A stretch of 64,000 bases of DNA, taken from Nitrosopumilus sp. (GTDB lineage Archaea > Thermoproteota > Nitrososphaeria > Nitrososphaerales > Nitrosopumilaceae). Under the pieces are notes generated by a model. It was given only the letters and a program-made list of their open reading frames with translations, was not told the DNA's origin and made no database searches. The translations under genes were made by a program, and so were the position numbers. The stretch covers positions 1,440,001 to 1,504,000 of the forward strand of contig OZ241857.1 in assembly GCA_965203315.1 (NCBI GenBank), given 5' to 3'. Each line of letters starts with the position of its first letter. Positions within the stretch are counted from its first letter, which is position 1. Positions 41,388-52,358 of this stretch are shown here, one piece after another.

Positions 41388-42965
41388 GTTTAAAAGATCT
41401 ACCAAAAGGGACAACTTTTCTAGATAATCTAGGCTAAATCCAAACATTACCAATTATGACAATGTCTAGACAGATCGCGAGACAAAAGACTACCAAAAAA
41501 GATAGGGAGACATCTGCCAAGATAGCAGATCTAGAGGATACTGTCAAGCAGCAAAATGATACCATCGAACAACAACAAGAGACCATTACGAGTCTACAAA
41601 AACAAGTTGCAAAGCAGAAGAGAATGAATATGAAACTGTACGAGATTTTACTTGCTACAATTATGGGACTCCAAGTATCTCCAAATTCAATCAATGATTG
41701 TTTTAATGTATTCCAAAGGATGATCAAAATTATAGAACGTGGTCAACAACTATCACAGACCAAGATTCGTAACACCAGAAAAAAGATAGAGGGTAAAAAA
41801 GAAAAGATAGAGGTACAAACAGCACAGGCCAAGAACAAAGAAACGAGACGCAAGCAGCTCGACAATTCTAACGTACCCTCATCAAAACAACCAGATCATG
41901 TAAAAAAGGGTACAAGAAAATCTAAAAGCGAATGGAAAAAAGCAGGACAAGACAAGGGTCACAAAGGAGTTTCCGACAACATAAAAACAGACAAGACAAG
42001 ACATCATAAAAAAGAAAAGTGTGATGGATGTGGCAGTAAGCATGTTGACAACAAGAGGTCTAGACAAAAGAGAACGATTGACATACAGATCATAATATTG
42101 CACATACTCCATATCGGATACTTTTACAACTGTAGAGATTGTGGCGCATCAGGCGATACATTCGACAGCATCCCAGACATACTACACAACACAATGTTGT
42201 GCCCAATTCTAGGCGTGATTGCAACCATAATGAGAAAGAATGGCTGTAGTATCAGAACAATAACTAGTACTCTTCAATGCCTAGACCCGTGTATATCTAA
42301 AAAGATGGTAACGGGGGCAATAGACACGATTGCCGATAAATTAGACAAATATGTCAAAAAAATAGAGAGAATGAACCTAAAATCCAAGGTAATCTACATG
42401 GATGAGACGTCGATGTCCCTTGCTGCGAAATTGGGATGGGTCTGGGTTCTTGTCGGCGATTATGGTACGCAATTCATCATATCGCCAGAGCGTACAAAAG
42501 ATTTTCTAGAAAAAACGTTCAAAAAGTATATTCTGATACCACTCGTGTCGGATGGATATGTCGTGTACAAACTATTCAATGTACGGCAACGTTGTTGGGC
42601 GCACATACTGCGAAATGCAAAAGATACAATGTGTGACGTACATACTGTACTAATGTACAAAAGATTACAGAAACTACTTGAAATTGCAAAAGCACTACAG
42701 GTGGACAATCCCAATCATGTGGACATATACCTAAAATACAGAGTAGATGATCTAGTGCAAAAGACATTATCACTTGCAGCAGAGTACAAGAAACTAGACA
42801 ACGAAGCTTGTCGCAAATTTGGAGTTCATTTAGCTAATGCTGCAGATGATCTATACACATTTGTGCTATACTATGGTATGGAATACACAAACAACAGAGC
42901 AGAGCGAGCTATACGATCAATGGTGCTATTCCGCAAGGTAACTCAACGTATCGTATCTGAGGAGA

Positions 42966-44425
42966 GCTCTGTTCAATGAATATTTTTGCAATATGATGGT
43001 TTAGTGGTGGTTTAGATGAAAACACATCAGATGTGCAATTTGGAATCAATTTCACATTAAAATTAAAGCTTGTTGTACTGAAATGTTGTTTTTTACTACA
43101 AAATGAACAAGATTCTGACAATCAAAAGTTAGAAATCATTAAAAAAATCAAAGGTTTGCAAGTATTTGTTTTTTAATTATTCGCAAGTTATGTGCGGCAA
43201 CCCTAAATAACAATTCTTGAACCATGTGTTCCCACAATATCGATTTTAGACCTTCGCCAAACAGACGCTTCATTGTAGAAAATACACCTTCCGATGCAGA
43301 GCGCTCACCATAACCGTTTTTTCTCCCCCATCTTGCTTGATTTTTTAATCTATCTTTTTTTGTGATCTTTGTTACATCTTTGCATTTTGAGCCAAAAGTT
43401 AACTGAATCTGAGCAGTTTTACTTCTAACAGTTTCAAGATATGTTTTGGCAGTGTATCTTGTTGGAATTATTGGTTTAATCCCACGCTTTTTACAGTACT
43501 CAAAGATTTCAACTGTGTCGTAGCCTTTATCAGCTAGAATTTTAATCTCTATGTCTTTAATATTACAACATTTTTGGAGCATACCAAGCGCAAATTCAAC
43601 GAGTTCAATAAATTGAGATGAATCTGCTTCAGAATCGGTTGTAATGGTACATCCCAGTATTGCCTTTGTTTTTACGTCTATGATTGGGTGTAATTTAACA
43701 AATCCTTTCTTCTTTACTTTGTCCTGTTCTTTCTCGAACCTAAACTCGATCCATCTACCGCCTGCGTGTTGTGTAAATCCAGAGGCATCCAGGGAAAGAA
43801 TGACTTCTTTAAAATGATCTGCAACTGCGATATCATTTAAAATGTCTACCTCCATGTCATTTATTCTAGTAAATAATGTAGTATAAGCTGGTATCTCGAA
43901 ATCAGGAAAAAATCGTTTTAATTCGTCTTCTAATTCTCTATATGATAATCCTCGCTTAGCTCTTATCATTGCAGCACATCTCAAAAAAGAGTCTGAATAG
44001 GCGTATTGACCGCCACGTTTCTTTGCGTTCATCTTTTTTAATTCTTTACTAAACAGTTTTGCAAGTTCCTCAGTATCGATTACTCCAAATTCAAATAAGA
44101 ACAAAACATATCTGACCGTTGAACCATTACTAAGTTGCTTTGCTATTCTTCTTATTTTCTCTCTTTCTTTATTTTGAACTTTTTTATCTTTTAAAATTTT
44201 GAATTCTGACTTATTTTTACGTTTCAATATCTTGTAGAAAATAGATACCCTATATAGATCTTTTCATTTAATTTTAAAATTACATCACAAAAAATGAAAT
44301 CATAATTAAAAGCAAACTAACGTGCAATTTAATTTCATAATCTCTAATCAGCTCCGAATTTGACGCAGTTGAGCATCAACTAATGAGAAATTTTGCAGTT
44401 TTGTGCCTATTCATTGAACAGAGCA
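42966..44425 (-). mobile_element. IS5-family element, copy A (1460 bp)
   Basis: 17-bp TIR GCTCTGTTCAATGAATA; flanking direct repeat CTGAGGAGA at 42957-42965 and 44426-44434. Confidence 0.92.
43148..44227 (-). CDS. IS5-family DDE transposase
   Basis: LSYRELE, PAYTTL, LDASG, VKLH, ADKGYD, RSASEGVFSTMKR. Confidence 0.92.
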   Translation of the reverse strand: MKRKNKSEFKILKDKKVQNKEREKIRRIAKQLSNGSTVRYVLFLFEFGVIDTEELAKLFSKELKKMNAKKRGGQYAYSDSFLRCAAMIRAKRGLSYRELEDELKRFFPDFEIPAYTTLFTRINDMEVDILNDIAVADHFKEVILSLDASGFTQHAGGRWIEFRFEKEQDKVKKKGFVKLHPIIDVKTKAILGCTITTDSEADSSQFIELVEFALGMLQKCCNIKDIEIKILADKGYDTVEIFEYCKKRGIKPIIPTRYTAKTYLETVRSKTAQIQLTFGSKCKDVTKITKKDRLKNQARWGRKNGYGERSASEGVFSTMKRLFGEGLKSILWEHMVQELLFRVAAHNLRIIKKQILANL

Positions 44426-44742
44426 CTGAGGAGAGTAAACGACGAGTTGGCAATATCTTTACATGTGTAACAACATGGGAGCAACAAGGTCTCAACGTCT
44501 ATGATACACTCCTAAAAGTTGTGCGTGAGACCTAACCTCATACCTATAAAGTTAAAACTTGAAATGCATTGTAACACATGCAATAAAATAGAAAACAAGA
44601 TCAAACATATCTTGATCATCTTCAAATATAATGGTCGTGCCAACCCTAATCTAATTTCACAATCAACTAAAATGTAAGATCTAGCTCGACATAATTTGAG
44701 TAACTAGCACCAAATGTTTCAAGACGAGTACGATGCATTTAC

Positions 44743-44891
44743 TAGACTGTATGCGTATTTCTTATATCTTGTGCATATTAAGACACATATTTTGAGACGC
44801 AATAAAACACCATAATTTTGAGAGGCAAATTGATTCATTGTTGTTATGTTTGATGATTGGGCATGGGCACTCTTAATACGCATACAGTCTA
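44743..44891. mobile_element. 149-bp MITE-like element
   Basis: Perfect 17-bp inverted repeats TAGACTGTATGCGTATT (44743-44759) and AATACGCATACAGTCTA (44875-44891); terminal TA; no coding capacity; the same end recurs at 53898. Confidence 0.7.
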
Positions 44892-44898
44892 CAGTATA

Positions 44899-44933
44899 AT
44901 AACCGAGAGTGCGATCTGTTTGATTTGCTAGTG
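44899..44933 (+). repeat. 35-bp direct repeat of 40962..40996 (IS1595 transposase 3' end)
   Basis: ATAACCGAGAGTGCGATCTGTTTGATTTGCTAGTG is identical at both sites. Confidence 0.85.
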
Positions 44934-45052
44934 CAACATATGTTGAGGCTTGATATCAATAATCTCCATTTGTATATTTACAGTATGAATGATATAATGC
45001 ACATTTGGATTAAATGTAAAGTACTTTTATTTACAAAACCATATCCATTAAA

Positions 45053-45367
45053 CTAGTCCGAGATATTCTCTATTGCATCTTTTAGACTATCTACCCATCC
45101 GCCTGGACCAAAGACTCCAAACTTGAAGATCTCTTCACCGTTAGCAGTCTTTGCAGCAAAACAAAACTTTCGCATCAACAGTCCCTCCTTCCATACTTTG
45201 GTAATGTCGCCTAAAGGAACATCTACTATTGTATCGCCGACATTCTTTGTAAAGTCCATAACTCTTGCTTTTGTCTTATCAAAAGCTATTCGTTTGTTAG
45301 TAAGAGTAAGAATTCCAGAACCAAGTTTATCCTCGTTACAGTCCTCTTGTTTTATTCGCTTCTCCAT
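45053..45367 (-). CDS. Small PH/GRAM-like domain hypothetical protein
   Basis: GILTLTNKRIAF motif; ATG at 45367. Confidence 0.7.
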   Translation of the reverse strand: MEKRIKQEDCNEDKLGSGILTLTNKRIAFDKTKARVMDFTKNVGDTIVDVPLGDITKVWKEGLLMRKFCFAAKTANGEEIFKFGVFGPGGWVDSLKDAIENISD

Positions 45368-45401
45368 GATCTTTATTAAATAATCATACGATATAACGTT
45401 A

Positions 45402-46043
45402 ATGAAACTAGTACGTAGAGGCGCAGAAGCTGATCTATACAGTACAGTATGGAACAATACCCCCGCAATACTCAAAGTACGCACACCGAAAAAGTATCGC
45501 AACAGTACACTAGATCTCAAGATACGTCGTTATAGAACTATTAAAGAGTCTACGATACTATCTCAAGTAAAGTCATTTGGCATACGGGCTCCACTTGTAT
45601 ATCTAGTAGATCTAGAAAAGTGCTCTATCTTGATGCAGTATGTGCCAGGTGTACCAGTACATGACATACCAAACTCTTCCATCAAAGGTATAGTGTATAG
45701 TCTAGGACAGCTCGTTGGCAGACTACACAAGAATGGTATAATGCACGGCGATCTAACTACATCAAACTTTATCATAAATGATACAGATGTTATCACCGAT
45801 ACCAGTCCAATATACGTGATCGACTTTGGTCTAGCCAACAATACAACAAAACCTGAAGACCATGCAGTAGATCTACGTCTATTCAAAGAGATTCTAAACA
45901 GTGCACATGCAAGTGTAATAGAGTACACGTGGAGACGATTCATCTCTGGATATACTAGTATAGTGTCTAGAGATAGATCCGATATGATTCAAGGAATAGT
46001 CTCTGATATTGAGAGCCGTGGAAGATATGCCAATGTCGTCTAG
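45402..46043 (+). CDS. bud32: KEOPS kinase/ATPase Bud32
   Basis: GAEA, HGDLTTSN, IDFGL, EDHAVDL, RGRY. Confidence 0.94.
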   Translation: MKLVRRGAEADLYSTVWNNTPAILKVRTPKKYRNSTLDLKIRRYRTIKESTILSQVKSFGIRAPLVYLVDLEKCSILMQYVPGVPVHDIPNSSIKGIVYSLGQLVGRLHKNGIMHGDLTTSNFIINDTDVITDTSPIYVIDFGLANNTTKPEDHAVDLRLFKEILNSAHASVIEYTWRRFISGYTSIVSRDRSDMIQGIVSDIESRGRYANVV

Positions 46044-46638
46044 ACTACACTTTGCATCATCTAATCACAACAAGTATCGTGAGGTACAACAGATACTCGA
46101 ATCACTAGGTGTACAGATACAGTTCTTTTGTGTAAATCTACTAGAGATCCAATCTGACTCGCTCTGTGATATTGCTGTACACAAAGTCCAAGATGCATTC
46201 TCTAAATGTAATGCTCCCGTACTGGTAGAAGATGATGGATTGTACATCGATGCATTGGGCGGTTTTCCTGGACCATACTCTTCATTCGTATTTGATCATA
46301 TTGGTAACGACGGAATCCTCAAACTAGTAGATGATAACCGCAAAGCTAAATTTGTATCTGTGATATCATATTATGACGGAGATACTCTACAGTCATTCGA
46401 ATCAAGTCTTGACGGTACAATATCTCTAGAACCAAAAGGCAAAGGATGGGGATACGATCCAATATTTATTCCCGTATTGTCCAATACAACGTTTGCAGAT
46501 ATCTCAGATATATCCGATAAATGTACTCCAAATAGTACCAAAATACATCACACAAAGAATGACATATCACATAGATCTAGTTCACTCAAAAAATTTGCTA
46601 ATTGGTACATGCATATGCGGGAATCATTCGATCGATAA
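46033..46638 (+). CDS. rdgB: Non-canonical purine NTP pyrophosphatase (RdgB/HAM1)
   Basis: FASSN..K, EDDGL...ALGGFPG.YS, GWGYDPIF, KNDISHR. Confidence 0.93.
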   Translation: MSSRLHFASSNHNKYREVQQILESLGVQIQFFCVNLLEIQSDSLCDIAVHKVQDAFSKCNAPVLVEDDGLYIDALGGFPGPYSSFVFDHIGNDGILKLVDDNRKAKFVSVISYYDGDTLQSFESSLDGTISLEPKGKGWGYDPIFIPVLSNTTFADISDISDKCTPNSTKIHHTKNDISHRSSSLKKFANWYMHMRESFDR

Positions 46639-47617
46639 ATCTATCTCTATTCTGTAATACACATATTCTTGATACAAAACTCTCATCCATAATATCGAAT
46701 CTATCACAACGTTTGATAATCTCTTTACTGTACTCTCGTATCTCATCCATCTCTAACATATTTGAGCGCTCGAGTCTGTTTACAGATCTACCAATATGCA
46801 TGTACGATTTTATCTCAACAAAGTGCGGCATTGCATCTTCAAACATCTCTGCAAATGGTACAATCATGGACTCTAGATCATTGTAACCGCGAATCAACGT
46901 AACTCTTAGAACGGTTCTCGTATCGAGACTCTTCAACATTTGTAGTGTGCGGTTCCATCTCTCCCACGAGTCGTTGTATCTGGGTCTATTAATTCGGATA
47001 AAGGACTCATAGTCTGCAGCATTTGTAGACAAGTATAGTTGAGTTGGTAATGCAGACTCGTCTTGTAGACGCTGTATCATATCTGGTTCTTGACCGTTTG
47101 TTACAAGAAAGATCGATCTAGTTGCAGCAAGCGATTTGAGATACTTTATGAGTTCGGGTAACTTTGGATACATTGTAGGTTCGCCAGATAGCGATATTGC
47201 ATAATGACTTGGTAGTAGTGACTCGTCTAGACGCTGTGTATCATTTCGTGAGTCGCCATAGTATCCATTGATCAATCGCTTTCGTTCTGCCATAAGCTTT
47301 GTAACGATCTCTTTGGGTTCTGCTACATTCTCTGATCTCATCTCAAGTGTGTCGTAAAACTCCATGGGTCGCCAGCAGTATACACAACGATTCTCACAGT
47401 ACATTCCAGCTGGAGAAAACTCCATACAGCGATGAGTCGATATACCATAAAACTTGTGTTTGTAACAGTCTCCTTCATGTTTGAACGATCTCTTTGTCCA
47501 ATGGCACAACTCTACTGTACCATGATCTGCGACTCCATACTTGGCCTTTCTGAGTTGATCTGATATGGTCGGTCTAATCTGAATAAGATCATCTACTATC
47601 TCACCTGAACAACTCAT
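46598..47617 (-). CDS. tyw1: 4-demethylwyosine synthase (radical SAM)
   Basis: CHWTK, CYKHKFYGI.THRC, CENRCVYCWRP, SLSGEPT, TNG. Confidence 0.95.
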   Translation of the reverse strand: MSCSGEIVDDLIQIRPTISDQLRKAKYGVADHGTVELCHWTKRSFKHEGDCYKHKFYGISTHRCMEFSPAGMYCENRCVYCWRPMEFYDTLEMRSENVAEPKEIVTKLMAERKRLINGYYGDSRNDTQRLDESLLPSHYAISLSGEPTMYPKLPELIKYLKSLAATRSIFLVTNGQEPDMIQRLQDESALPTQLYLSTNAADYESFIRINRPRYNDSWERWNRTLQMLKSLDTRTVLRVTLIRGYNDLESMIVPFAEMFEDAMPHFVEIKSYMHIGRSVNRLERSNMLEMDEIREYSKEIIKRCDRFDIMDESFVSRICVLQNRDRFIDRMIPAYACTN

Positions 47618-47711
47618 ATCCGGTTGTATTGTCTAGTTTGGTTTACTTAAATTAATCGAGACGAGTCGTCATCAGATATTATTGACTAAAAGCGTTTTTA
47701 GGTGATTTATA

Positions 47712-50177
47712 GTGAGGTTTAATAATTGGATCATTGACATACTTGTAAGATTGAAGAGGATAAACTTTCCATTTCTATTATTGCTTGTAGCTACCCTAAC
47801 GAGTGTACCGATCGGTACTGTCTATGCCCAAGATCGAGATAACGATGGTATCGAAGACTCGGTCGACGCTTGTCCAAATCTACTCGAAGATTATGTCGGA
47901 GTGGAGGATGGTTGTCCATCTAATTTTATTCCTTGGTATGATGAAGACTATGATGGGATAGAGGATCACTTGGATCGTTGTCCTGCAGTGCGTGAAAATT
48001 ATAATGCATATCAAGATAACGATGGTTGCCCAGATACCAACCCACAAGGAGGATCTGATGGTCTACCAGACTCTGACAATGACGGTTTTATAGACAGAGT
48101 CGATCTATGCCCTAACCAACCAGAGACCTTTAATGGTGTAATGGATCGTGATGGCTGTCCAGACACATTTACTTTTGGAGATAGAGACAGCGATGGAATC
48201 TTGGATGACATCGATGAATGTCCACTCGCTAGTGAGACATTCAACAGATATCAAGACGAAGATGGCTGTCCAGATACCGTAACATCTAGCGTTAGTGACT
48301 CTGATAATGACAATATCCCAGACAATATAGATCTATGTGTTGATGAACCAGAGACCTATAACGACTATCTAGACTCGGATGGTTGCCCAGATGAGAGGAG
48401 AGTCGTATCTCTGGTCGATTCTGACGGCGATGGCATAGCTGATGACTTTGATCTATGCCCTCAAAATCCAGAGACTGTCAATCGTTATGCAGATTATGAC
48501 GGCTGCCCAGACAGTGTGCCAGAGGCTCCTTTGAGCGCCGACAGAGACGGTGATAGAATCCTAGACAGTGTAGACAAGTGTCCAGACGAACCAGAGAGAT
48601 ACAACAAGTATCAAGACTTTGACGGTTGTCCTGACATTCCTCCATTTCCTGACAGAGATAGTGACTCTGACTTTGATGGTATTAAAAACAGTCTAGACGA
48701 GTGTCCTCAAGTTGCCGAGATATACAACAAGTATCAAGACGAAGATGGATGCCCAGACTTTGTGTCTACCGATGGTGGCAGTATTCCAGACTCTGATAAT
48801 GACGGGATCAGTGACTTTATAGATCTATGTCCTAACCAACCCGAGACCTTTAACAATGTCTTTGATCGTGATGGATGCCCAGACGATAGTCCAACCAGTG
48901 ATAGAGACCGCGATGGTATCTCTGATGCTATGGATGCATGCCCTACAATAAAAGAGACATACAATGATATCGATGATGCCGATGGTTGCCCAGATACCGT
49001 CAAAGAGGTTATGCCCGACTTTGATGGTGACGGTATACCTGATCTGAAAGACAAATGTCCTCTCCAACCAGAGACGGTAAACACATACCAAGATCATGAC
49101 GGTTGCCCAGACTTGCCTGTATCTGACTCTGACAACGATGGAATACGTGACGAGTTGGATGAATGTCCAAATAGATCTGAGACGTGGAACCGATACCAAG
49201 ATCATGACGGTTGCCCAGACGTCAGCATCAATCCCGACTCTGACTTTGATGGTATAATAGATGATCTGGATCAATGTCCACATGAACGAGAGCGTTTCAA
49301 TGGCTTGGATGATACCGATGGCTGCCCAGACAATCTAGAGTATACAGTGACTGCCGATAGCGACAACGATGGCATAATAGACGAACGAGACTCTTGTCCT
49401 CTAGTTGCAGAGGTATACAACCAATACCAAGATACCGATGGCTGCCCTGACAGTGTAACAGTTGGTACCAGTACTGCAGATTCAGATAATGATGGTATCT
49501 TTGATTTTAAAGACTTGTGTCCAAATCAACCCGAGACGGTAAATGGTATCTTGGATAGAGACGGCTGCCCTGACCGATACATACCTGGTATAGACACCGA
49601 TCGTGATGGTATTCCAGATACAATGGATCAATGTCCACTTGCTAGTGAGACATACAACACATATCAAGATCATGACGGCTGCCCTGACACTATAATCGAG
49701 TCTCGAGTAGTCGATTCAGATAATGATGGTATTCAAGACTCTGTCGATGACTGTCCTCTAGTGGCAGAGGTCTACAATGGAGTAAAAGATACCGACGGCT
49801 GCCCTGACACCAGCGAACAACAACCAGACACCGATGGTGATGGTGTCCCTGACCACATGGATAGATGTCCTGATCGTAATGAGGTCTGGAATAGATTTAT
49901 GGACTATGATGGATGTCCAGACGTGCTACCTATTCCCAAGATAGTTATTGATACCGATAATGATCGGATACCAGACTCTGAGGATAGTTGTCCTGCAGAG
50001 CCCGAGACGTGGAACAAGTATCTAGACAAGGATGGATGCCCAGATACACTTCCTGAGCAATCTAGATACAAACACGATGCCGATCTTGACGGTATTGTGA
50101 ACGATCTAGACCAATGTGTATCAGAACCAGAGGACTATGATGGCGATCGCGATACAGATGGGTGTCCTGATGCATAG
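47712..50177 (+). CDS. Secreted thrombospondin type-3 repeat (Ca-binding) protein A
   Basis: Signal peptide; about 20 repeats of DxDxDGxxDxxDxCPxxxExxNxxxDxDGCPD. True start may be slightly downstream. Confidence 0.9.
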   Translation: MRFNNWIIDILVRLKRINFPFLLLLVATLTSVPIGTVYAQDRDNDGIEDSVDACPNLLEDYVGVEDGCPSNFIPWYDEDYDGIEDHLDRCPAVRENYNAYQDNDGCPDTNPQGGSDGLPDSDNDGFIDRVDLCPNQPETFNGVMDRDGCPDTFTFGDRDSDGILDDIDECPLASETFNRYQDEDGCPDTVTSSVSDSDNDNIPDNIDLCVDEPETYNDYLDSDGCPDERRVVSLVDSDGDGIADDFDLCPQNPETVNRYADYDGCPDSVPEAPLSADRDGDRILDSVDKCPDEPERYNKYQDFDGCPDIPPFPDRDSDSDFDGIKNSLDECPQVAEIYNKYQDEDGCPDFVSTDGGSIPDSDNDGISDFIDLCPNQPETFNNVFDRDGCPDDSPTSDRDRDGISDAMDACPTIKETYNDIDDADGCPDTVKEVMPDFDGDGIPDLKDKCPLQPETVNTYQDHDGCPDLPVSDSDNDGIRDELDECPNRSETWNRYQDHDGCPDVSINPDSDFDGIIDDLDQCPHERERFNGLDDTDGCPDNLEYTVTADSDNDGIIDERDSCPLVAEVYNQYQDTDGCPDSVTVGTSTADSDNDGIFDFKDLCPNQPETVNGILDRDGCPDRYIPGIDTDRDGIPDTMDQCPLASETYNTYQDHDGCPDTIIESRVVDSDNDGIQDSVDDCPLVAEVYNGVKDTDGCPDTSEQQPDTDGDGVPDHMDRCPDRNEVWNRFMDYDGCPDVLPIPKIVIDTDNDRIPDSEDSCPAEPETWNKYLDKDGCPDTLPEQSRYKHDADLDGIVNDLDQCVSEPEDYDGDRDTDGCPDA

Positions 50178-50189
50178 GAGACTCGTACC

Positions 50190-52358
50190 ATGATCAAATA
50201 CTTTTCTGTTATTCTTCTCTTTGTTGTACTCGGTACATCTCCGTTTGCATTTGCTGCATCAACTGTAGATAACGACGGTGACGGTGTTCCAAACAGTATA
50301 GATGAATGTCCACATCTACTTGAAGACTATGATCCACAGTATGGAGGTAAGATAGATGGATGTCCTGCAGACTTTGTTCCGTGGTATGATGCCGACTCTG
50401 ATGGTATCCAAGATCATATCGATTCATGTCCAACGGTACAAGAGACATACAACAACTTTGAGGATGATGATGGATGTCCTGATGTTGCACCAGGCGGTAC
50501 ACCTAGAGTAATCGACTCTGACGGTGACGGCTTTACAGACTTTCTAGACAAGTGTCCAAATGTGCCCGAGACGGTTAATGGAATCGATGACAACGACGGC
50601 TGCCCAGACGATGTCACATCATTGGCAGACCGTGATATCGATGGTATATCTGACGCTAAAGACGCTTGTCCTATTGAACCCGAGACCTACAACGGATACC
50701 AAGATACAGACGGCTGCCCAGATCAAAAGCCCGATTCTACGGCACCTACATTTGTATTCCCTGATGCCGACTCTGATGGTATAGATGATAGATGGGACTC
50801 GTGTGTTGATGAACCAGAAAACTATAACAACTATCTAGATCATGACGGCTGTCCCGATGTTCCTGGTGTAGATCTGGGTGATCCCGTAGACACCGACTTT
50901 GATGGTATTCTAGATGACGATGACTTGTGTCCCACTGAACGTGAAAACTATAACAAGTTTCAAGATACAGACGGCTGCCCAGATACACTAGACTTTACGA
51001 TTGTTGCTGATAGTGACGGTGATCTATTTTTGGATAATGTAGACATGTGTCCATATAATCCCGAGACATGGAATAGATACCAAGATGACGACGGCTGCCC
51101 AGATATCGTTGCAGAAGATCGAGAGATGGTAGATACCGATAACGACGGCTTTGTAGACTCTCTAGACCTATGCCCAACCGTACCCGAGACGGTTAACGGA
51201 ATCGATGACAACGACGGCTGCCCAGACGATGTCACATCATTGGCAGACCGTGATATCGATGGTATATCTGACGCTAGAGACGCTTGTCCTATTGAACCTG
51301 AGACCTACAACGGATACCAAGATACAGACGGCTGCCCAGACACCACTGGAACTAGTTTTTCGATGTTTGTATTTCCTGATACCGACTCTGATGGGTTTGA
51401 TGATAGATGGGACTCGTGCATCGATGAACCAGAGAACTATAACGACTATCTAGATCATGATGGGTGTCCAGACGTTCCTGGCGCCGAGTCTGTCGCACTT
51501 CCAATCGATACGGACAATGATGGTCTTGCAGATAGTGTAGACAAGTGTCCACTGATTGCTGAGAGATATAACGGCTTTCAAGATGACGACGGTTGTCCTG
51601 ATTCAGTAGTACACGAACGAGTTGATGACTCGGACAACGATGGAATACTAGATAATTTAGACAAGTGTCCAAATGTACCCGAGACGTACAACAGATATCA
51701 AGATGACGACGGTTGTCCTGATATTGTCGCACAAGATCGAAAGATAGTGGACTCTGATGCTGACAACATACCTGATTCTCTAGACCTCTGTCCAAACGTA
51801 CCCGAGACTTACAACAGATACCAAGATACCGACGGCTGCCCAGACAGTAATCCCTTGGTCAGTGATGCAGATCGCGATGGCATCAATGACAATTTAGATC
51901 AATGTCCAAATGTACCCGAGACGTACAACAGATATCAAGATACCGACGGCTGCCCAGATCAAGCACCACAGTCTACAACACCCAGATTTGTATTCCCTGA
52001 TACTGACTCTGATGGTATAGATGATAGATGGGACTCGTGCATCGATGAACCAGAAAACTATAACAACTATCTAGATCATGATGGATGTCCAGACGTTCCT
52101 GGCGCCAAATCGGTCACAGTCACTACAAACGATGCAGACCGTGATGGTCATCCTGACGCAGTCGATGCTTGTCCCTCTAGTCCTGAGACATGGAACAAGT
52201 ATCTAGACAAAGACGGCTGCCCAGATGTACTCCCAGAACAGCAACGCTTTGTTCACGATACTGATCTAGATGGAATAATAAACGATCTAGATCAATGTGT
52301 ATCAGAACCAGAGGACTATGATGGCGATCGTGATACCGACGGCTGCCCAGACCCATGA
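50190..52358 (+). CDS. Secreted thrombospondin type-3 repeat protein B
   Basis: Signal peptide; same repeat; N- and C-terminal caps paralogous to protein A. Confidence 0.9.
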   Translation: MIKYFSVILLFVVLGTSPFAFAASTVDNDGDGVPNSIDECPHLLEDYDPQYGGKIDGCPADFVPWYDADSDGIQDHIDSCPTVQETYNNFEDDDGCPDVAPGGTPRVIDSDGDGFTDFLDKCPNVPETVNGIDDNDGCPDDVTSLADRDIDGISDAKDACPIEPETYNGYQDTDGCPDQKPDSTAPTFVFPDADSDGIDDRWDSCVDEPENYNNYLDHDGCPDVPGVDLGDPVDTDFDGILDDDDLCPTERENYNKFQDTDGCPDTLDFTIVADSDGDLFLDNVDMCPYNPETWNRYQDDDGCPDIVAEDREMVDTDNDGFVDSLDLCPTVPETVNGIDDNDGCPDDVTSLADRDIDGISDARDACPIEPETYNGYQDTDGCPDTTGTSFSMFVFPDTDSDGFDDRWDSCIDEPENYNDYLDHDGCPDVPGAESVALPIDTDNDGLADSVDKCPLIAERYNGFQDDDGCPDSVVHERVDDSDNDGILDNLDKCPNVPETYNRYQDDDGCPDIVAQDRKIVDSDADNIPDSLDLCPNVPETYNRYQDTDGCPDSNPLVSDADRDGINDNLDQCPNVPETYNRYQDTDGCPDQAPQSTTPRFVFPDTDSDGIDDRWDSCIDEPENYNNYLDHDGCPDVPGAKSVTVTTNDADRDGHPDAVDACPSSPETWNKYLDKDGCPDVLPEQQRFVHDTDLDGIINDLDQCVSEPEDYDGDRDTDGCPDP

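Larger units (their letters stand above)
41456..44535 (+). pseudogene. IS66-family transposase interrupted near its 3' end by an IS5-family element
   Basis: Coiled coil, SNVPSSK, GHKG, Zn finger, MDET, SDGY, QRCWAHILR, TNNRAERAIR. The C-terminal SEESKRRVGNIFTCVTTWEQQGLNVY...* resumes after the IS5 and ends at 44535. Confidence 0.9.

Noticed and set aside
41000-44740. Terminal inverted repeats (GTAA...TTAC) of the IS66 element
   Set aside because: No convincing pair was found by eye, so element boundaries are not called.
47712-52358. DGR template/variable repeat pair or CRISPR-like array
   Set aside because: The repeats are in-frame protein repeats; no adenine-specific mismatch pattern was evident and there is no reverse transcriptase in the window.
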